Below, in pieces: positions 45,201 to 46,382 of a stretch of DNA of 46,382 bases. Location of the stretch: the NCBI GenBank assembly GCA_002719615.1, contig PBHZ01000010.1:1-46382 (forward strand). Direction: 5' to 3'. Within the stretch, counting starts at the first letter, position 1; each line of letters starts with the position of its first letter. This DNA is from Methanobacteriota archaeon (GTDB taxonomy: Archaea > Thermoplasmatota > Poseidoniia > Poseidoniales > Thalassarchaeaceae). Under the pieces are notes generated by a model. The model was not told the origin of the DNA, ran no database searches, and saw nothing but the letters and a program-made list of their open reading frames with translations. A program made the translations under genes and the position numbers.

Positions 45201-45819
45201 CAACATCAATTAAAGAAAATGGTTTATCTGAATTCGATAGTCTATCAATGATTTTTTTTGTTGCCATATCCGGATGTGTTCTTCCTGTTTTTTGCTCAAG
45301 ATTTTTCAATATTTTCCTGAAAGAATTCAGACCTGGTCCATCCCATGACTCAGCAATATTTTCATTAGAAAGATATTCATGTAATGTAGATAATGCAGAT
45401 GTTTTTCCTCTACTCCATTCCATTTCTGGAATAGGATTCATTATAGGAAATGTTAGTTTTTTAGCTTCTTTCCTACATTCTTCATGTAAAATAATGTTAA
45501 ACTCTTCTTTTACAGATAATAATCTTGGAAACCTGAAATCTGCTAATAATGAAATTAATAATGAATTTATGGTATGATGAAGTTTCCTATCGAATACAAA
45601 ACCTTCGAGGCTTAATTCAGATAAAGACTGCATTCGTGATTCTTCGGAAGGATATATTATCATTATCTTATTTTTCCTTTTTTCAGGTATAGAATTTGGA
45701 CTAATTGCTTGCCATCTGATGTGCTCTTTTAACCACACAGGAAGGTGTCCCTCAGAGACTAGTTCATTGGTAATAAAACAATCCTCCCTAAACGACATCA
45801 CATCACCGAGCACACTCAA
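42229..45819 (-). CDS. AddB/RexB-like subunit: helicase-like scaffold without a P-loop plus a C-terminal Cys4-stapled PD-(D/E)XK nuclease, 1196 aa
   Basis: AddB-like VRILTPDQAIGCSADLIILANL segment. Nuclease motifs HGNLLHFIHHD, GKIDRVD, IIIRDLKT, QLAIYARAW. Cysteines at 828, 1179, 1182 and 1188 (C-x350-CxxC-x5-C, the AddB spacing). The stop overlaps the AddA-like ATG (TAATG at 42227-42231). The start is TTG 45819 or ATG 45798. Confidence 0.75.
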   Translation of the reverse strand: MSVLGDVMSFREDCFITNELVSEGHLPVWLKEHIRWQAISPNSIPEKRKNKIMIIYPSEESRMQSLSELSLEGFVFDRKLHHTINSLLISLLADFRFPRLLSVKEEFNIILHEECRKEAKKLTFPIMNPIPEMEWSRGKTSALSTLHEYLSNENIAESWDGPGLNSFRKILKNLEQKTGRTHPDMATKKIIDRLSNSDKPFSLIDVEGIIMLNHPPGMLKSHQELLLSISNHCPIHQLVYPGNFRLGHHGFLLIDKYPINSKNELPQWIPLHEIELIKQQPNVTRYLLQREDHSFNSAISLAQQFLEKDSTSTVIIIDPSLDSNIFRWKRLIENIGLSMKENNKSIISDSYGHWLKQLITLGHSANSFSLESLRTIAQQETISPFESNLIHPTNSEIIPMPDFQLLTNLARNDHILGGPGALRRWLESLARPPNSEIDEIKKESTQWWLLSLAKSLQPLLREEDISVLKERKLLTGCHSEIILPLDESNIDGDKWILNQFKSSNNLINSDFMDDYTGKFLVIQTLLTSHQELRNMQSNLKHNYPKRGTDWVEEYLTLMNSVLLPDNQLKSSSRLRILTPDQAIGCSADLIILANLSSSSWDMRVPKLPFIGEEERHKFNLLRPDGPIRKARHFLKHLLFSAKETIILDPSLDDTAPPTAPIREWILSNENIEKLTLEFSPTSPRDYRQLDGNKLIKGIKAQYSPINPSSISIPLDVQLQRERERRQPDIVDDNQYLSFESRDHIFYFNYSDLSRKTPPGEIIPREFFSWPVIGGITKDGKRTPTIDPRPFTPISTGINVSDSRHGHGTGLGQNVTIWSASKLHDWLKCPRSGWLNRILKANQEELQSEDLDSRTHGNLLHFIHHDILCRILNMKIGEEFDSINGKRENINIGNSYLSKNEVMKVALESLDSRAPWLDRTDAVSIHRLQVLTGMNREQYNDWLANPTPVEPKGRIGTIIEAEFSISDGMPISIEWDTDNYDDNGIEIDIPSEITSPNMQKLPPIKVKGKIDRVDQVPLDKDRKIWYNKDGDNSIAPLKLTDSDWKPKRLIIIRDLKTSESKSSKERHNIGLLEELQLAIYARAWEIAHPGDLVVGVGISLFSHNTSHNLETSNFFPHINKLDIGIISRTTEDLYRFPNENNNPSSDQFRAWLTHRLSVSLGVANNAKLGKVHPTPSKKVCSYCSVKQICDVKMEDDF

Positions 45820-45872
45820 TAAAGCAGGGGGTTATTGAACCCAACTAATGTTTTCTATTATAAGTGGTGTAA

Positions 45873-46382
45873 TTAGTACTTTTTCGAGTAAATCAGTGAA
45901 GAAATCAAAAGACAGAGTATGGTTAAAATCATTGAAGGCCCCGGAAAGAAATTGTCATCATTATTTTCTTCAACCCAATCTACAATTAATATTACATTCA
46001 TATCATCATCATCCCATGCCGAGGGATAAGAGTAATTCATTGAACCATCTAATTCATCTAGTAAAATCACATGATGTAGGACATGGTGATAGTACTCTAA
46101 ATCATTAGATCCCTCTGGAAAATATGCTACATCTTCAACAAACAATAACCATGCTGATGTTGAAACAGATTTTCGACAATTATCAGAACAAATAGGCATC
46201 AAAGTAGATGTAGACCAAGTAAATGTAGAAGTTTCGATATCTTCAGTTAAGAAATCATTTTCAGTTACTGATAGGCTAATGTTACCATAAAGAGGCGCAG
46301 TAGAGCCTACAGAGATGGAGGTTATGAAATCATTCTCCAAAGTATCAGATTTTGGACGATGTCCGGGATGCATTCGTTCACC
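45873..46382 (-). CDS. Hypothetical surface protein with a C-terminal PGF-CTERM-like anchor; the reading frame is open to the right window edge
   Basis: Ser/Thr/Asp-rich body. The tail FFPGPSMILTILCLLISSLIYSKKY is Pro-Gly, a hydrophobic helix, then a basic end. There is no stop between ATG 46373 and the window end, so the N-terminus may lie outside. Confidence 0.45.
   Translation of the reverse strand, partial: GERMHPGHRPKSDTLENDFITSISVGSTAPLYGNISLSVTENDFLTEDIETSTFTWSTSTLMPICSDNCRKSVSTSAWLLFVEDVAYFPEGSNDLEYYHHVLHHVILLDELDGSMNYSYPSAWDDDDMNVILIVDWVEENNDDNFFPGPSMILTILCLLISSLIYSKKY

Noticed and set aside
1-46382. CRISPR arrays, tRNA/rRNA genes, transposases, integrases, prophage blocks
   Set aside because: Intergenic spacers are nearly all under 110 bp. 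None shows the conserved T-arm motif of a tRNA or regularly spaced repeats. No ORF has transposase, integrase or capsid-like motifs that I can recognise.

Overview
This is a compact, visibly AT-rich, almost fully coding chromosomal segment from an archaeon. The archaeal call rests on the canonical ftsZ-secE-spt5(nusG)-L11-L1-P0(L10)-P1(L12) cluster, a family-B DNA polymerase, a CDP-alcohol phosphatidyltransferase and a RaSEA-like radical-SAM gene. Strong GGAGGT-type ribosome-binding sites fit a euryarchaeote. The gene content is photolyase, Ni-SOD, two Bcp peroxiredoxins, carotenoid-type genes and a fasciclin surface protein. From that I infer a sunlit-ocean planktonic lineage such as Marine Group II/III, but this is not proven. 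I found no rRNA, tRNA, CRISPR array, transposase or integrase. All family assignments come from motif recognition by eye in the supplied translations; no database search was run.

Most interesting:
1. 37298-45819 holds a translationally coupled pair of giant genes (1643 aa and 1196 aa). It looks like a bacterial-type AddA/AddB helicase-nuclease, yet both subunits carry a Cas4/AddB-style PD-(D/E)XK nuclease stapled by a four-cysteine (Fe-S) tetrad, and it sits in an archaeal genome.
2. 15059-18431 holds a three-gene module: an 85-aa basic protein, a divergent PolB lacking the ExoI motif and with DTD changed to IVD, and a RecA-fold protein with a degenerate P-loop. Its two outward ends carry a 21/22-identical motif (CATTATACCGCCGAG-N-TAATAT) in promoter position. 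A weaker third copy lies upstream of a coiled-coil protein gene.
3. The ribosomal cluster has two oddities: an L11 gene encoding only the C-terminal domain, and an Spt5 with an N-terminal Nudix-like domain. A candidate L1 autoregulatory hairpin lies in the L11-L1 spacer.
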